Assembly: GCA_964584895.1 (NCBI GenBank)
Contig: CAZPAW010000002.1
Span: 2,748-66,747 of the forward strand
DNA: 64,000 bases
From: an uncultured Candidatus Saccharibacteria bacterium
GTDB taxonomy: Bacteria; Patescibacteriota; Saccharimonadia; Saccharimonadales; JAGQNJ01
Direction: 5' to 3'
Position numbers and translations under genes: made by a program. Shown one piece after another: positions 8,131 through 19,916 of the stretch. Position 1 is the first letter of the stretch, and each line of letters opens with the position of its first letter. The notes beneath the pieces are model-generated. The model saw only the letters and a program-made list of their open reading frames with translations. It made no database searches and was not told the origin of the DNA.

Positions 8131-8763
8131 ATGAATCTAACCCTATCTTCTGTTGAAAATAATCCCGAGTCTGTGACATTTCCTATTACTCTTGCAGGTG
8201 GGGATAGTGAAGTACTAAGACCGTTGTTGCCGAATGATGTCAACAAACTTGGCAACTTTCTGTTGGGATTATCTGAGGAAACGAAACGAAATATTATCTC
8301 TGCCGATGGTTATCTTCCGCCAGCGGAGGAGCTTTGTGAGGCTATTAATAAGTACGACAAACTAAGATTTGTGGTAGAGACAAAACCAAGATTATCTTCA
8401 GAGGATGAGCGAATAATTGGACTTATGGAGTTTAGCTTTGATATTCCAGAAGGTGATATAGAAAGATATAAAAACGCTGGAATAACTCTTGACCAAAAAA
8501 CAGATTGCAGATTTGGCCCCACGATTGCGGATGATTATCAGAACAAAGGACTTGGCAGTAGGCTGTTTCCATATATCACTCAAATCGCTCGCCGGTTTGG
8601 TAAAGAACGAATCATACTTTGGGGTGGCGTGCTAAAAGACAACCAGCGTGCAATTCATTACTACGAGAAGCACGGTTTTAAAGCCGTAGGGACTTTCAGC
8701 GATGGCAATGACGAAATGTTGGATATGATTCTTGAGCTTGGTGAAGCACCCAATGTATCGTAG
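8131..8763 (+). CDS. GNAT family N-acetyltransferase
   Basis: Acetyl-CoA motif YQNKGLGSRLF followed by AIHYYEKHGFKAVG. TGATATAAT lies 6 nt before the ATG. Confidence 0.85.
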   Translation: MNLTLSSVENNPESVTFPITLAGGDSEVLRPLLPNDVNKLGNFLLGLSEETKRNIISADGYLPPAEELCEAINKYDKLRFVVETKPRLSSEDERIIGLMEFSFDIPEGDIERYKNAGITLDQKTDCRFGPTIADDYQNKGLGSRLFPYITQIARRFGKERIILWGGVLKDNQRAIHYYEKHGFKAVGTFSDGNDEMLDMILELGEAPNVS

Positions 8764-8978
8764 CTATATCTCAAGTCCGGACAACACGTGTTCGTGATTT
8801 AGAACTTTTGGCATCACTTCACCCAACTCATTAAATATATGAGGCAAACTTCTCTCTGTATCGATATTGATTGAATTTCATCGGACATTTTTCGAGATCA
8901 TTATTTGTATTCTGATTAGGTGTATACGATACAAGAGTTATAATAAGTGGGTTATTAAATAAAAAAGGAGATAAAAAA

Positions 8979-9170
8979 ATGGCTACAGGATACTGCGTTA
9001 AATGCAAAGAAAAAGGTGTTGAATTGTCATCACCAGAAGTTGTTCAAACTGCAAAAGGTGGTTACATGGCTAAAGGGAAGCATGAAAAGTGCGGCACAAC
9101 TGTTTGCGCAATGATGTCTAAAGAGAATGCTGAAAAAGAAGTAGAAAACGGTGCAAAAAAGTCTTACTAG
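8979..9170 (+). CDS. small Cys-rich zinc-ribbon-like protein (DUF5679-like, from memory)
   Basis: 63 aa with YCVKCKEK...KCGTTVC. SD AAGGAG lies 8 nt upstream. The 3' end is duplicated at 10240-10367. Confidence 0.7.
   Translation: MATGYCVKCKEKGVELSSPEVVQTAKGGYMAKGKHEKCGTTVCAMMSKENAEKEVENGAKKSY
9043..9170 (+). repeat. direct repeat copy 1 (128 bp), 3' end of gene 8979-9170
   Basis: 9043-9140 is identical by eye to 10240-10337. The last 30 nt differ at 7 positions. Confidence 0.9.
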
Positions 9171-9382
9171 ATTACTGTTAAGTCACTAATAACTAACTTT
9201 GCCCTTCAATACATAGCTACAGAAAAAGAGTGGTTAAGTGTTGAAGGTGTATTGCTAAAAAATGTCTCCAACGAGCTATCTCGCCCCTAATAAGGTGGTT
9301 TTTTCAAATAGTCTAATATCTAACATCTGAGTCTTACGGATGTCCTTTTATTGGGAGCGAAATGCGGATATGAATATATGTA

Positions 9383-9410
9383 TTGAAAAAATCACGAATA
9401 ATGGTACAAT
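9383..9410 (+). promoter_or_regulatory. sigma70-type promoter for 9444-10229
   Basis: TTGAAA (9383-9388), 16-nt spacer, TGG-TACAAT (9402-9410). Confidence 0.5.
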
Positions 9411-9443
9411 ATATATTATTTAACGATCTTATGTGGCAATGCA

Positions 9444-10229
9444 ATGAAGGCAATAGGTGATAACTACCCAAAACCAGAAGTTTCCCAAGAACAGCGGAAA
9501 TTTACAAAAAAAGCTATAAACAATCTACTTGGTGTTAATGCGGTAAGCGCCGCACTGAGTATTGTAAACGAGGTTGTGCTAGGACATAGCGCACTTGGCT
9601 TTAATCAGTTCGCCATGGAGGTAACAGATACTGGGCTGGCTGCCGGCTTAAAGACTTCGGAAAAAAACGATGCTTTTGGGAAGCATAAGCGTGCCTCCAG
9701 GCAGCGTATTGGACTATACGGGTTGCATATTGCAACTGCAAGCATCGGGATAGCCGAAGGAGTAAGGTTGGTTAGTCTAGACGCTAAGCCAAGTGTTGCT
9801 AACATGGCTGTTGCTGGCGTGGTAGGGGTTCTAAATGTTGGTTATATCCGTCACAAAAATAAACATCACAAAAAAGAAGCGCATACGACCATCCCTGATA
9901 CAGACATGGCTTTTGAAGACCCGATAGAAGTTATCCAAGATGAAATTTATGATTATCCTAGCGCTGAGATTATACATCAACTTAACGATAATGGTACGAC
10001 AGCAATTGCTCACACCAACATAGCTGAAGCAGCAGGAGGAGTGCTAGGTGCAGGATCTCAATTTTTTTGGGAGCAAGGTTCTGCGGCTGGCGCAATATTA
10101 TCAAGTGTCGCTGTCATAGGGATAATGGCTCACCAAATATGGCGTGAGCGTAGTGTAATGTCAGAACGTATATCTCAGTCACCACCACTTCAACCAGTAT
10201 GTCTAAACGAAGTCGTACAAATACAATAA
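9444..10229 (+). CDS. polytopic membrane protein, weak resemblance to the cation-diffusion-facilitator transmembrane region
   Basis: About 5 hydrophobic segments. GHSALGFNQFAMEVTD and FGKHKRASRQRIGLYG loosely recall CDF TM2/TM3 motifs. His-rich loop HKNKHHKKEAH. The family call is weak. Confidence 0.55.
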   Translation: MKAIGDNYPKPEVSQEQRKFTKKAINNLLGVNAVSAALSIVNEVVLGHSALGFNQFAMEVTDTGLAAGLKTSEKNDAFGKHKRASRQRIGLYGLHIATASIGIAEGVRLVSLDAKPSVANMAVAGVVGVLNVGYIRHKNKHHKKEAHTTIPDTDMAFEDPIEVIQDEIYDYPSAEIIHQLNDNGTTAIAHTNIAEAAGGVLGAGSQFFWEQGSAAGAILSSVAVIGIMAHQIWRERSVMSERISQSPPLQPVCLNEVVQIQ

Positions 10230-10239
10230 GAATTTGATT

Positions 10240-10367
10240 TTCAAACTGCAAAAGGTGGTTACATGGCTAAAGGGAAGCATGAAAAGTGCGGCACAACTGT
10301 TTGCGCAATGATGTCTAAAGAGAATGCTGAAAAAGAAATAGAAGCGGGCGCAAAAAAATCTTACTAA
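10240..10367 (+). pseudogene. 5'-truncated second copy of the small zinc-ribbon gene (direct repeat copy 2)
   Basis: Matches 9043-9170 and lacks the first ~21 codons. Retains an internal ATG at 10263 behind AGGTGG (a potential 34-aa product ...EKEIEAGAKKSY*). Confidence 0.6.
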
Positions 10368-10397
10368 GCTTAAAATTCAAAATATAGATTTAACAAA

Positions 10398-10429
10398 AAA
10401 GGCCGAAAGGTCTTTGTTGTTATTTTACA
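10398..10429 (+). terminator. rho-independent terminator
   Basis: aaaggcc-gaaa-ggtcttt hairpin (GAAA loop) followed by the T-rich gttgttatttt. Confidence 0.6.
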
Positions 10430-10511
10430 AGCAAAAACAAAGATTGTAACAAAAATCGAATGACGTATATGATCTTGGATTCGGTTAATGGGTGTTATGC
10501 TATGAATTGTA

Positions 10512-11219
10512 ATGAAAAAACATAAGCGTGAGAGAAAGGTGCTTAAAGTGATATTACTGATAGTTGGTACATTGGTTATTGTTGAAGTGACTGCTCTTAT
10601 CTGGCTTGCTAATAGCGTTGGACGTTATCGAACATTTTGGGAGAATAAAGCTAAAGAAAAGGGAGAAATCACATATTTAGCGTTAGGTGACTCGGCTGCC
10701 CAAGGAATTGGCGCTAGTAGCCCTATGCGAGGTTATGTTGGCCTTGTCGCCTCTAGGTTGTCTGAGAAAACCGGCAAGACAGTGAAAATAGTTAATATCG
10801 GTAAAACTGGTGCAAAGATGACCGATTATTTAAAAGAACAATCACCGAGAATTAATACTATAGACGCCGACATAACGACTATTGAAATCGGTGCAAATGA
10901 TGTAACGAATTACGATGAAAAGAAATTTCGAGAAGAATTTAAAAAAGTTTTACAAACACTACCCGATGGCGCATTTGTATCAAATATGCCGCTATTTAAT
11001 AGCAGGCCGGGGAGCACCAATAACGCTAAATTGGCAAGTAACGTTATCGAGCAAGAATTAAAGAATTATCCCAGTCTTGTTTTTGTTGATCTTCAAAAGC
11101 AAACAACAGAGAATCGAAGCATTTTCGGCTTTGCGCCAGATTTGTTTCACCCCAATAATCTTAGCTACAAAAATTGGGCTGATGCATTCTGGATCCAGAT
11201 CAATTCAACGATTGACTAG
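10512..11219 (+). CDS. SGNH/GDSL hydrolase family protein with N-terminal membrane anchor
   Basis: Block I ALGDSAAQG, block III GANDV, block V DLFHPN. Confidence 0.9.
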   Translation: MKKHKRERKVLKVILLIVGTLVIVEVTALIWLANSVGRYRTFWENKAKEKGEITYLALGDSAAQGIGASSPMRGYVGLVASRLSEKTGKTVKIVNIGKTGAKMTDYLKEQSPRINTIDADITTIEIGANDVTNYDEKKFREEFKKVLQTLPDGAFVSNMPLFNSRPGSTNNAKLASNVIEQELKNYPSLVFVDLQKQTTENRSIFGFAPDLFHPNNLSYKNWADAFWIQINSTID

Positions 11220-11246
11220 CAGATAAAAATATAGTACAATATTTGA

Positions 11247-11909
11247 ATGATAATAAAAAAATTAAGTAATATCTTATCGTATGTTGCGGTAGCGGTAATG
11301 TTGCTCGGCTCTGTCTTTATCTCTTCACCTCCTGTCCTTGCCGTTAGTCAAGAAAATGGAAACTGTCGAATTGCCGTAAGTGGAGTAACTGTTAGACAGG
11401 TGCAAGCCAAAGTTGGGGTAGCTCAGGATGGTGTACTTGGACCGGTTACCTGTAACGCAATAAAATCATATCAATGTACAAAAAATCTGAGTGTCGATGG
11501 TGTTGTTGGTCCGCAGACTTGGGGAATTATGCGAGGCAATACTCCCCCGAGAGGTGTGCGAATTTGCGCCGATCTTCGTAATCAGAAATTGTGGTTATCA
11601 AAAAATGGAGTTCGTACCTACACTGCAGAACGCATGCGATCTGGCGACCCTCGGCTAAGTCAGTCAGAGCCTACAAAAGTGGGTAATCACAGAGTTTACT
11701 ACAAAGACATTGATCACATTTCATCGATTTTTGGGTCACCGATGCCGTATTCGATGTTCTTTTATGGTGGTCAGGCGATACACGAGTCGACATTTAGTAC
11801 TCCGGGAAGTCACGGATGTATTAATGTTACACATAACGATGCTAAAAAACTTTGGAATAATTCTCCAGTAGGCACGCCTGTTAGCGTCTGGGGCGCAAGA
11901 CCCGTTTAG
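11247..11909 (+). CDS. L,D-transpeptidase (YkuD) with peptidoglycan-binding domain
   Basis: Catalytic HESTFSTPGSHGCINV. PG_binding_1-like DGVLGPVT...VDGVVGPQTW. N-terminal signal/anchor. Confidence 0.9.
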   Translation: MIIKKLSNILSYVAVAVMLLGSVFISSPPVLAVSQENGNCRIAVSGVTVRQVQAKVGVAQDGVLGPVTCNAIKSYQCTKNLSVDGVVGPQTWGIMRGNTPPRGVRICADLRNQKLWLSKNGVRTYTAERMRSGDPRLSQSEPTKVGNHRVYYKDIDHISSIFGSPMPYSMFFYGGQAIHESTFSTPGSHGCINVTHNDAKKLWNNSPVGTPVSVWGARPV

Positions 11910-11956
11910 TTGTCATAATTATTTCTTGACCTTTTAAATTATCTTTTTGCTACAAT

Positions 11957-12820
11957 TTGGAGGTGAAAAATAACAAAAAACAGGTTATTGATTTGGGTTA
12001 TCATCAGCAGATTATCCCAATTGTTCTTACATTCGTTGTTTGCGGAATTTTAATCCTATCATTGTGGCTTGAAGTCTTAATTCTTAACGGGTTTATATCA
12101 GAGCCAATTTCGACAGCTGTAAGGTGGTCGGATATTTTGGTCGGGCTAACCGTGTATCTCAAGACTTCAATAGACTTTGCTATCTATATTGGTCGTATGA
12201 TGGACAAAAATCCAGGGTTAAAGGGTAGGATTGGCATAGAAATAGGTACGGCAATGGGCAATGCCTTTGGTACGATGTTGATATTGTTGATCTGGGCGTT
12301 TTTTAAAGAGGTTGATTGGTTACTGGGGATTATGGTACTACTCGCCGGTCTGGTTTTAATGAGATTGGCTCAGGATGGAGTGAGCTTTATAGATACTGAA
12401 AACCAGGGGTATCCTAGATTGTTTCGGCTGATAGTCAAAAAACTAAAATGGATTCTAGAATCATGGAATAAGTTAGTAGAACCGTTTTTATCTAAGATCG
12501 TCCCGTCGCATTCCCTTAAAGCGGTTACCAAGAATTCGCTCATCGGCCTCTTGGCTCTATCATTTACCGTACCGTTTATACTTGGTCTGGATGATTTTGC
12601 CGGATACGTACCGTTGTTCAATATAGTTAATGTGTTTGGTTTTGGAATTGGGGTAATTGTCGGGCACATGATACTAAATATCTTTTTGTATATTTCACCG
12701 AAACGTACGATTGCTACGGTCAAGAACCCCGTTGTATCATTTGTCGGATCGATAGCCTTTATTTTCTTAGCAGTATGGGGATTTGTTGAAGCCTACAAAC
12801 TCTTGTTTTTACATGGTTAA
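11957..12820 (+). CDS. integral membrane protein, unassigned; start uncertain
   Basis: Multi-TM ORF. The track start (TTG 11957) overlaps the -10 TACAAT (11951-11956). GTG at 11963 lies 6 nt after the -10 and could be a leaderless start. Confidence 0.6.
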   Translation: MEVKNNKKQVIDLGYHQQIIPIVLTFVVCGILILSLWLEVLILNGFISEPISTAVRWSDILVGLTVYLKTSIDFAIYIGRMMDKNPGLKGRIGIEIGTAMGNAFGTMLILLIWAFFKEVDWLLGIMVLLAGLVLMRLAQDGVSFIDTENQGYPRLFRLIVKKLKWILESWNKLVEPFLSKIVPSHSLKAVTKNSLIGLLALSFTVPFILGLDDFAGYVPLFNIVNVFGFGIGVIVGHMILNIFLYISPKRTIATVKNPVVSFVGSIAFIFLAVWGFVEAYKLLFLHG

Positions 12821-12895
12821 TAAAAAAGTCTCACCTAAGTGGTGTTTTTTGCTAGAATAGCTAGGTAGTGCATGCGTGGTGCGTTGGCCGAGAAG

Positions 12896-13351
12896 TTATT
12901 TAGGGTAGGTGTGCCTATACCAATCGTTCTCTTCCGCGGTTTTAATCTTATGACAATTAGCACAAAGCACCTGACATTTATCGATTTCTTTTAATATTGT
13001 TTCCCAGCTTAGTACATTTGTTATTGCCCTTGATATACTAAATGATTTCTTTTTTGGGTCTATATGGTCAAACTCTAAAATGCGGGGATCAGATACCCCA
13101 CAAATAACACAAGATTTATCGGACAAGTATCGCATCATTTGGTGACGTAGTTTATCTTTCAGTCTCTTATTTCTAAGATTAGCATTATCTCGATATTTAC
13201 TACCGTGTTTGTAGTAATATATTTTCCAAAGTTTTCTACGTTTTTCTGAATAGCAAAGTTTGCACTGAGAGTGTAATCTATTAGTTGCTTTATCTCGGAA
13301 GTAAAAATCATTATTGGTTTTCTCCAACTTGCATACGGTACATGCCTTCAT
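12896..13351 (-). CDS. free-standing HNH endonuclease
   Basis: CVICG...LEFDHIDPKKK...CANCHKIKT (HNH with two CxxC pairs). N-terminal extra CxxC...CxxC. Confidence 0.85.
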   Translation of the reverse strand: MKACTVCKLEKTNNDFYFRDKATNRLHSQCKLCYSEKRRKLWKIYYYKHGSKYRDNANLRNKRLKDKLRHQMMRYLSDKSCVICGVSDPRILEFDHIDPKKKSFSISRAITNVLSWETILKEIDKCQVLCANCHKIKTAEENDWYRHTYPK

Positions 13352-13447
13352 ATGCGATATTGTAATATATAGTTATTTTGCAGACAAGATTTCCCTTGTA
13401 GAATAATAACTGTAAGGTTAAGATTAAATAGTTAAGTTTTCGATTAA

Positions 13448-13521
13448 GGTACCGTGGCCGAGTGGTTAGGCAAAGGTCTGCAAAACCTTCGACACGAGTT
13501 CGATTCTCGTCGGTACCTCCA
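13448..13521 (+). tRNA. tRNA-Cys (GCA)
   Basis: Cloverleaf folded by hand: acceptor GGTACCG/CGGTACC, anticodon loop CTGCAAA, T-loop TTCGATT, U73 discriminator, encoded CCA. Confidence 0.9.
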
Positions 13522-13534
13522 TTAACAATAAAAA

Positions 13535-13620
13535 GGGCAGGTGGCGGAATTGGTATACGCGTTCGACTTAAAATCGAATGTCCAAAAGACGTGCGGGTTC
13601 AAGTCCCGCCCTGCCCACCA
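13535..13620 (+). tRNA. tRNA-Leu (TAA)
   Basis: Acceptor GGGCAGG/CCTGCCC, anticodon loop CTTAAAA, long variable arm, T-arm GCGGG-TTCAAGT-CCCGC, A73, encoded CCA. Confidence 0.9.
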
Positions 13621-13683
13621 GAATCATTGATTATTATTAAGAGCGTAAGTGCTATAATGTAAGTACTAATATTGGAGGTATAA

Positions 13684-14247
13684 ATGTACATTGTTCTTGG
13701 AATAATAGCGCTAATACTAATAGTTGGAGTATTGATCTACAACGGTCTTATTAAATCAAAAATCAGGGTTGATGAAGCCTGGAGCGATATAACTGTCCAG
13801 CTAAAGCGTAGAGCAGATCTGATACCTAATCTAGTCAAGACTGTCAAAGGCTACGCAAAACACGAAAAAGGTGTTTTTGAACAAGTAACAAAAGCTCGTA
13901 GCGATGTTATGTCGGCCCAAGGCCCAGCTGATACAGCGAAAGCAGAGGGTAGTTTTCAGGAAGCGCTTAAGAGTTTGTTTGCTGTTGCAGAGGCCTATCC
14001 TGATCTAAAAGCAAACCAGAACTTTCAAGGTTTGCAGGATGAACTAACCGACACAGAAGATAAAATCCAAGCTTCACGTCGTTTTTACAACGGTTCAGTT
14101 AGGGACTACAACACAAAATTACAAGTTTTTCCGACAAATATGATTGGTGGAATTTTAGGATTTAAGTCTCGTGAATTTTTTGAAGTTGATCAGTCTGAAA
14201 AAGAAAAAATCGACAAACCTACTGACGTAAATTTTGACGAAAAATAA
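13684..14247 (+). CDS. lemA: LemA family protein
   Basis: N-terminal TM plus WSDITVQLKRRADLIPNLV...RRFYNGSVRDYN, typical of LemA. SD GGAGG upstream. Confidence 0.9.
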   Translation: MYIVLGIIALILIVGVLIYNGLIKSKIRVDEAWSDITVQLKRRADLIPNLVKTVKGYAKHEKGVFEQVTKARSDVMSAQGPADTAKAEGSFQEALKSLFAVAEAYPDLKANQNFQGLQDELTDTEDKIQASRRFYNGSVRDYNTKLQVFPTNMIGGILGFKSREFFEVDQSEKEKIDKPTDVNFDEK

Positions 14248-14261
14248 TATTTTAAAACACA

Positions 14262-15130
14262 ATGTATTCAGAAATTGCCGCCAATAAGCGAAAAACTATT
14301 TTTATGATGGTTATGTTTATTGTGTTGGTTTCGTTGCTCGGTTGGGTTTTTGGATTGTTTTTTGATAATCAATATCTGTCTGTCTATGTTTTAATCGGGG
14401 CATTAATATATGTGGTAATTAGTTATTTTAATAGTTCAAAAATGGCTTTGGGTTTAAATAAAGCGCAAGAGATTACAAAAAAAGATAATCCTAGACTATT
14501 TAGAATAGTTGAGAATCTATCAATTACTCAGGGATTGCCTATGCCTAAGGTTTATATTATCGACGATAAAGCCTTAAATGCTTTTGCTACTGGACGCGAT
14601 CCAAGTCATTCATCTGTGGCTGTTACCTCGGGGTTACTTGAAAAGCTTGATGATCAGGAGCTAGAGGGTGTTATGGCTCACGAGCTAGGACATGTAGCTA
14701 ATTATGATATCAGAGTATCGATGATTATTTTTGCTCTTGTAGCCGTTGTTGCGATTATATCCGACATAATGATTAGGTCGGTATGGTTTCGCGATACTGA
14801 CGAGGACAATCAAGCCTTTTTTCTTATCGGCATAATTGTTGCAGTATTGGCGCCATTGGCGGCTATGTTGATACAATTATCAATTTCAAGAAAACGAGAA
14901 TATCTAGCCGACGCAACTGGCGCACTAACTACTAGATACCCAGAAGGGCTGGCTAGTGCATTGGAAAAGCTAAAATCTGGCGGTACAGTTATGAGGGCTC
15001 AAAATAAATCGACGGCACATTTATTTTTTGCTAATCCTCTTAGAAAAGGCGGATTAGCAAATTTGTTTAGTACTCATCCGCCAATAGATGAGAGAATAAA
15101 AAGGTTAAACGAAATGGGTGGTAAGCAATA

Positions 15131-15131
<1 letters not shown>
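14262..15131 (+). CDS. htpX: M48 family zinc metalloprotease HtpX
   Basis: HELGHV zinc motif, 4 TM segments, C-terminal STHPPIDERI. Confidence 0.9.
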
Positions 15132-18072
<2,941 letters not shown>

Positions 18073-18253
18073 CGCCTAAATATCACAAGCGTTTTATATG
18101 ATATGTGGTAATCGTGCTTTATCAAGCACAGCCTGTACACTAAAAACTATCAAAAAATTTAACATCACTGGAAGGGCGCATATGATTTTAATTGTAAATG
18201 TTTAGCTTAAGCATATAATCATAGTTATATACAAATAATTATTAAGGATTAAA

Positions 18254-18805
18254 ATGAAAAACTTACTAAAGCTTGTTTTTAGCAAACGTAATCTGAAGAT
18301 TTATTTTGTTATAGTTGTTTTCGGTCTATTTGCATATATTTTAAATGATCTGAGGGCGATTAGGCGGGATTTGTATGCGGTTAGGGTTGATTACTATAAC
18401 CTTAATAACAAGCAAGAAGACCCATCTAAATTCGTTCCGACTTATACGATTATTTCCCAACAGGTGAAAGATATGAATGTTTACGACGAAAAAGCAAATA
18501 TCAATAATACGTCTCCTGTTAGTATTTATAAATCAGCGAAGGTTAGAGTTGTACAGGTTGAAGCAAAAAATAATACAAATTCAGTCCAGAGCGCAGATTC
18601 TGGTGGGCTTGGTTATGCAGATAAAAATGGGGTAGTAGTAATGCCGGTACAGATAGATCCAAAAGATGATCTTAATAAATCACCAAATAGCACCTATGCT
18701 CAGATTATTCCGGGTGGCTCGACGAAGTTCTATATTTACTTTTTAGATACAGGTAAGAATATTGAAAGCCTATTTAGTAATGGATATTACGGAGGCGGTA
18801 TCTAA
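18254..18805 (+). CDS. membrane-anchored hypothetical protein
   Basis: N-terminal TM (IYFVIVVFGLFAYIL). SD AAGGA upstream. No motif. Confidence 0.6.
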   Translation: MKNLLKLVFSKRNLKIYFVIVVFGLFAYILNDLRAIRRDLYAVRVDYYNLNNKQEDPSKFVPTYTIISQQVKDMNVYDEKANINNTSPVSIYKSAKVRVVQVEAKNNTNSVQSADSGGLGYADKNGVVVMPVQIDPKDDLNKSPNSTYAQIIPGGSTKFYIYFLDTGKNIESLFSNGYYGGGI

Positions 18806-18809
18806 ATTG

Positions 18810-18884
18810 TGGTGGAGTCGGGGAGAATCGAACTCCCATCTCATCCATGCCATGGATGCATACTAGCCATTATACGACGACCCC
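18810..18884 (-). tRNA. tRNA-Ala (GGC)
   Basis: The reverse complement folds as a cloverleaf: acceptor GGGGTCG with a G3:U70 pair, anticodon loop ATGGCAT, T-loop TTCGATT, encoded CCA. Confidence 0.9.
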
Positions 18885-18949
18885 ATATTGCTGATAATAT
18901 TCTACATTACTAAATCCATTTATCAATTCAACCTGATAGAATAGTATTT

Positions 18950-19840
18950 ATGAATAAATTAACAGAAAAACTTACGTTTGATAGCCAGTTAGTTAGATTA
19001 ATTTTCTTGTCAGGTTTTTTGATTTTAGCTTTTGCTGGATTTATGTGGTACGAGAATATATATAAAAATCCCAGCAACGTGTTTTTTGGAATGATAGATA
19101 ATAACTTGTCGACCTACGGGGTCACAAGATCAATTGCACAAAAAGAAACTGCTGGTTTTGGGTTTGAAAGAGACACTAAAATTAGCTATATACCAGAGTT
19201 TAGCGTAGCTTCAAAAACAAGGTTAGTGCAGAATGTTAAAAAGAATAAAACAGTTGTTGTCACAAAAAGTATAACTAAAAATAACAAGACGGTTAGTAGT
19301 TATGTCGAGATAAGTGGTGGCGATAAAGATAAAAATTATAATCCAATAATTAATAGATGGTTTGAGGATAGATTGTCGAAGGATCAGGTTGCGGAAACGG
19401 TTGGGCTTGTTCCAGGATTTGTTGCCGGTACCCCGCCTTTTTTAAATTTAGATAATAATACAAAACAATCTGCTATAGAAAAAATTAAGGCAAATGAAGT
19501 TTATGATGTGGATTTTGGTTCAGTAAAAAAGACTGAATATAATGGAAAGAGCGCATATGAATATGATGTAGATGTTAACATCGGTCAATACCTTTATATG
19601 ATGAGAGACCTAAGTAATAAAAGTAATATTGATATATCGCAAATTAACATCGACGCTTATACAAGCAATCCCCCGATAGAATTATTAATGACTGTGAGTA
19701 TAGACGGAAGACAACTATTAAAGGCGATCGATAAACAGACTGGTCGCGAAGAAACTTTTAGTTCTTACGGTGCGGTATCTTTTGTTAACTTGCCGACGGT
19801 TAATATTTCAAAAGTACAAATTGAAAAATTATTCAAATAG
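18950..19840 (+). CDS. membrane-anchored hypothetical protein
   Basis: N-terminal TM. TGATAGAAT lies 7 nt before the ATG. No motif. Confidence 0.6.
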   Translation: MNKLTEKLTFDSQLVRLIFLSGFLILAFAGFMWYENIYKNPSNVFFGMIDNNLSTYGVTRSIAQKETAGFGFERDTKISYIPEFSVASKTRLVQNVKKNKTVVVTKSITKNNKTVSSYVEISGGDKDKNYNPIINRWFEDRLSKDQVAETVGLVPGFVAGTPPFLNLDNNTKQSAIEKIKANEVYDVDFGSVKKTEYNGKSAYEYDVDVNIGQYLYMMRDLSNKSNIDISQINIDAYTSNPPIELLMTVSIDGRQLLKAIDKQTGREETFSSYGAVSFVNLPTVNISKVQIEKLFK

Positions 19841-19916
19841 ATCATAGCAATGTGACAGGTGAAATGTATAATAAAGCTTATGAATATTAATATTAAAATT
19901 TGAAGTGGAGAATATT

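Noticed and set aside
12370-12723. 117-aa antisense ORF inside membrane gene 11957-12820. Similar antisense ORFs occur at 33630-34016, 35125-35424, 29211-29558, 49891-50223 and 52474-52836.
   Set aside because: Each is nested opposite a longer ORF with better coding features. There are no initiation signals.
12865-12895. tRNA remnant (TTGGCCGAGAAG resembles the D-arm of tRNA-Cys at 13455-13466)
   Set aside because: Only 8-9 nt match and no acceptor or T-arm can be drawn, so this is not distinguishable from chance.
13462-13662. 66-aa ORF from the track
   Set aside because: It lies entirely over tRNA-Cys and tRNA-Leu on the same strand. It is a reading-frame artefact of structured RNA genes.
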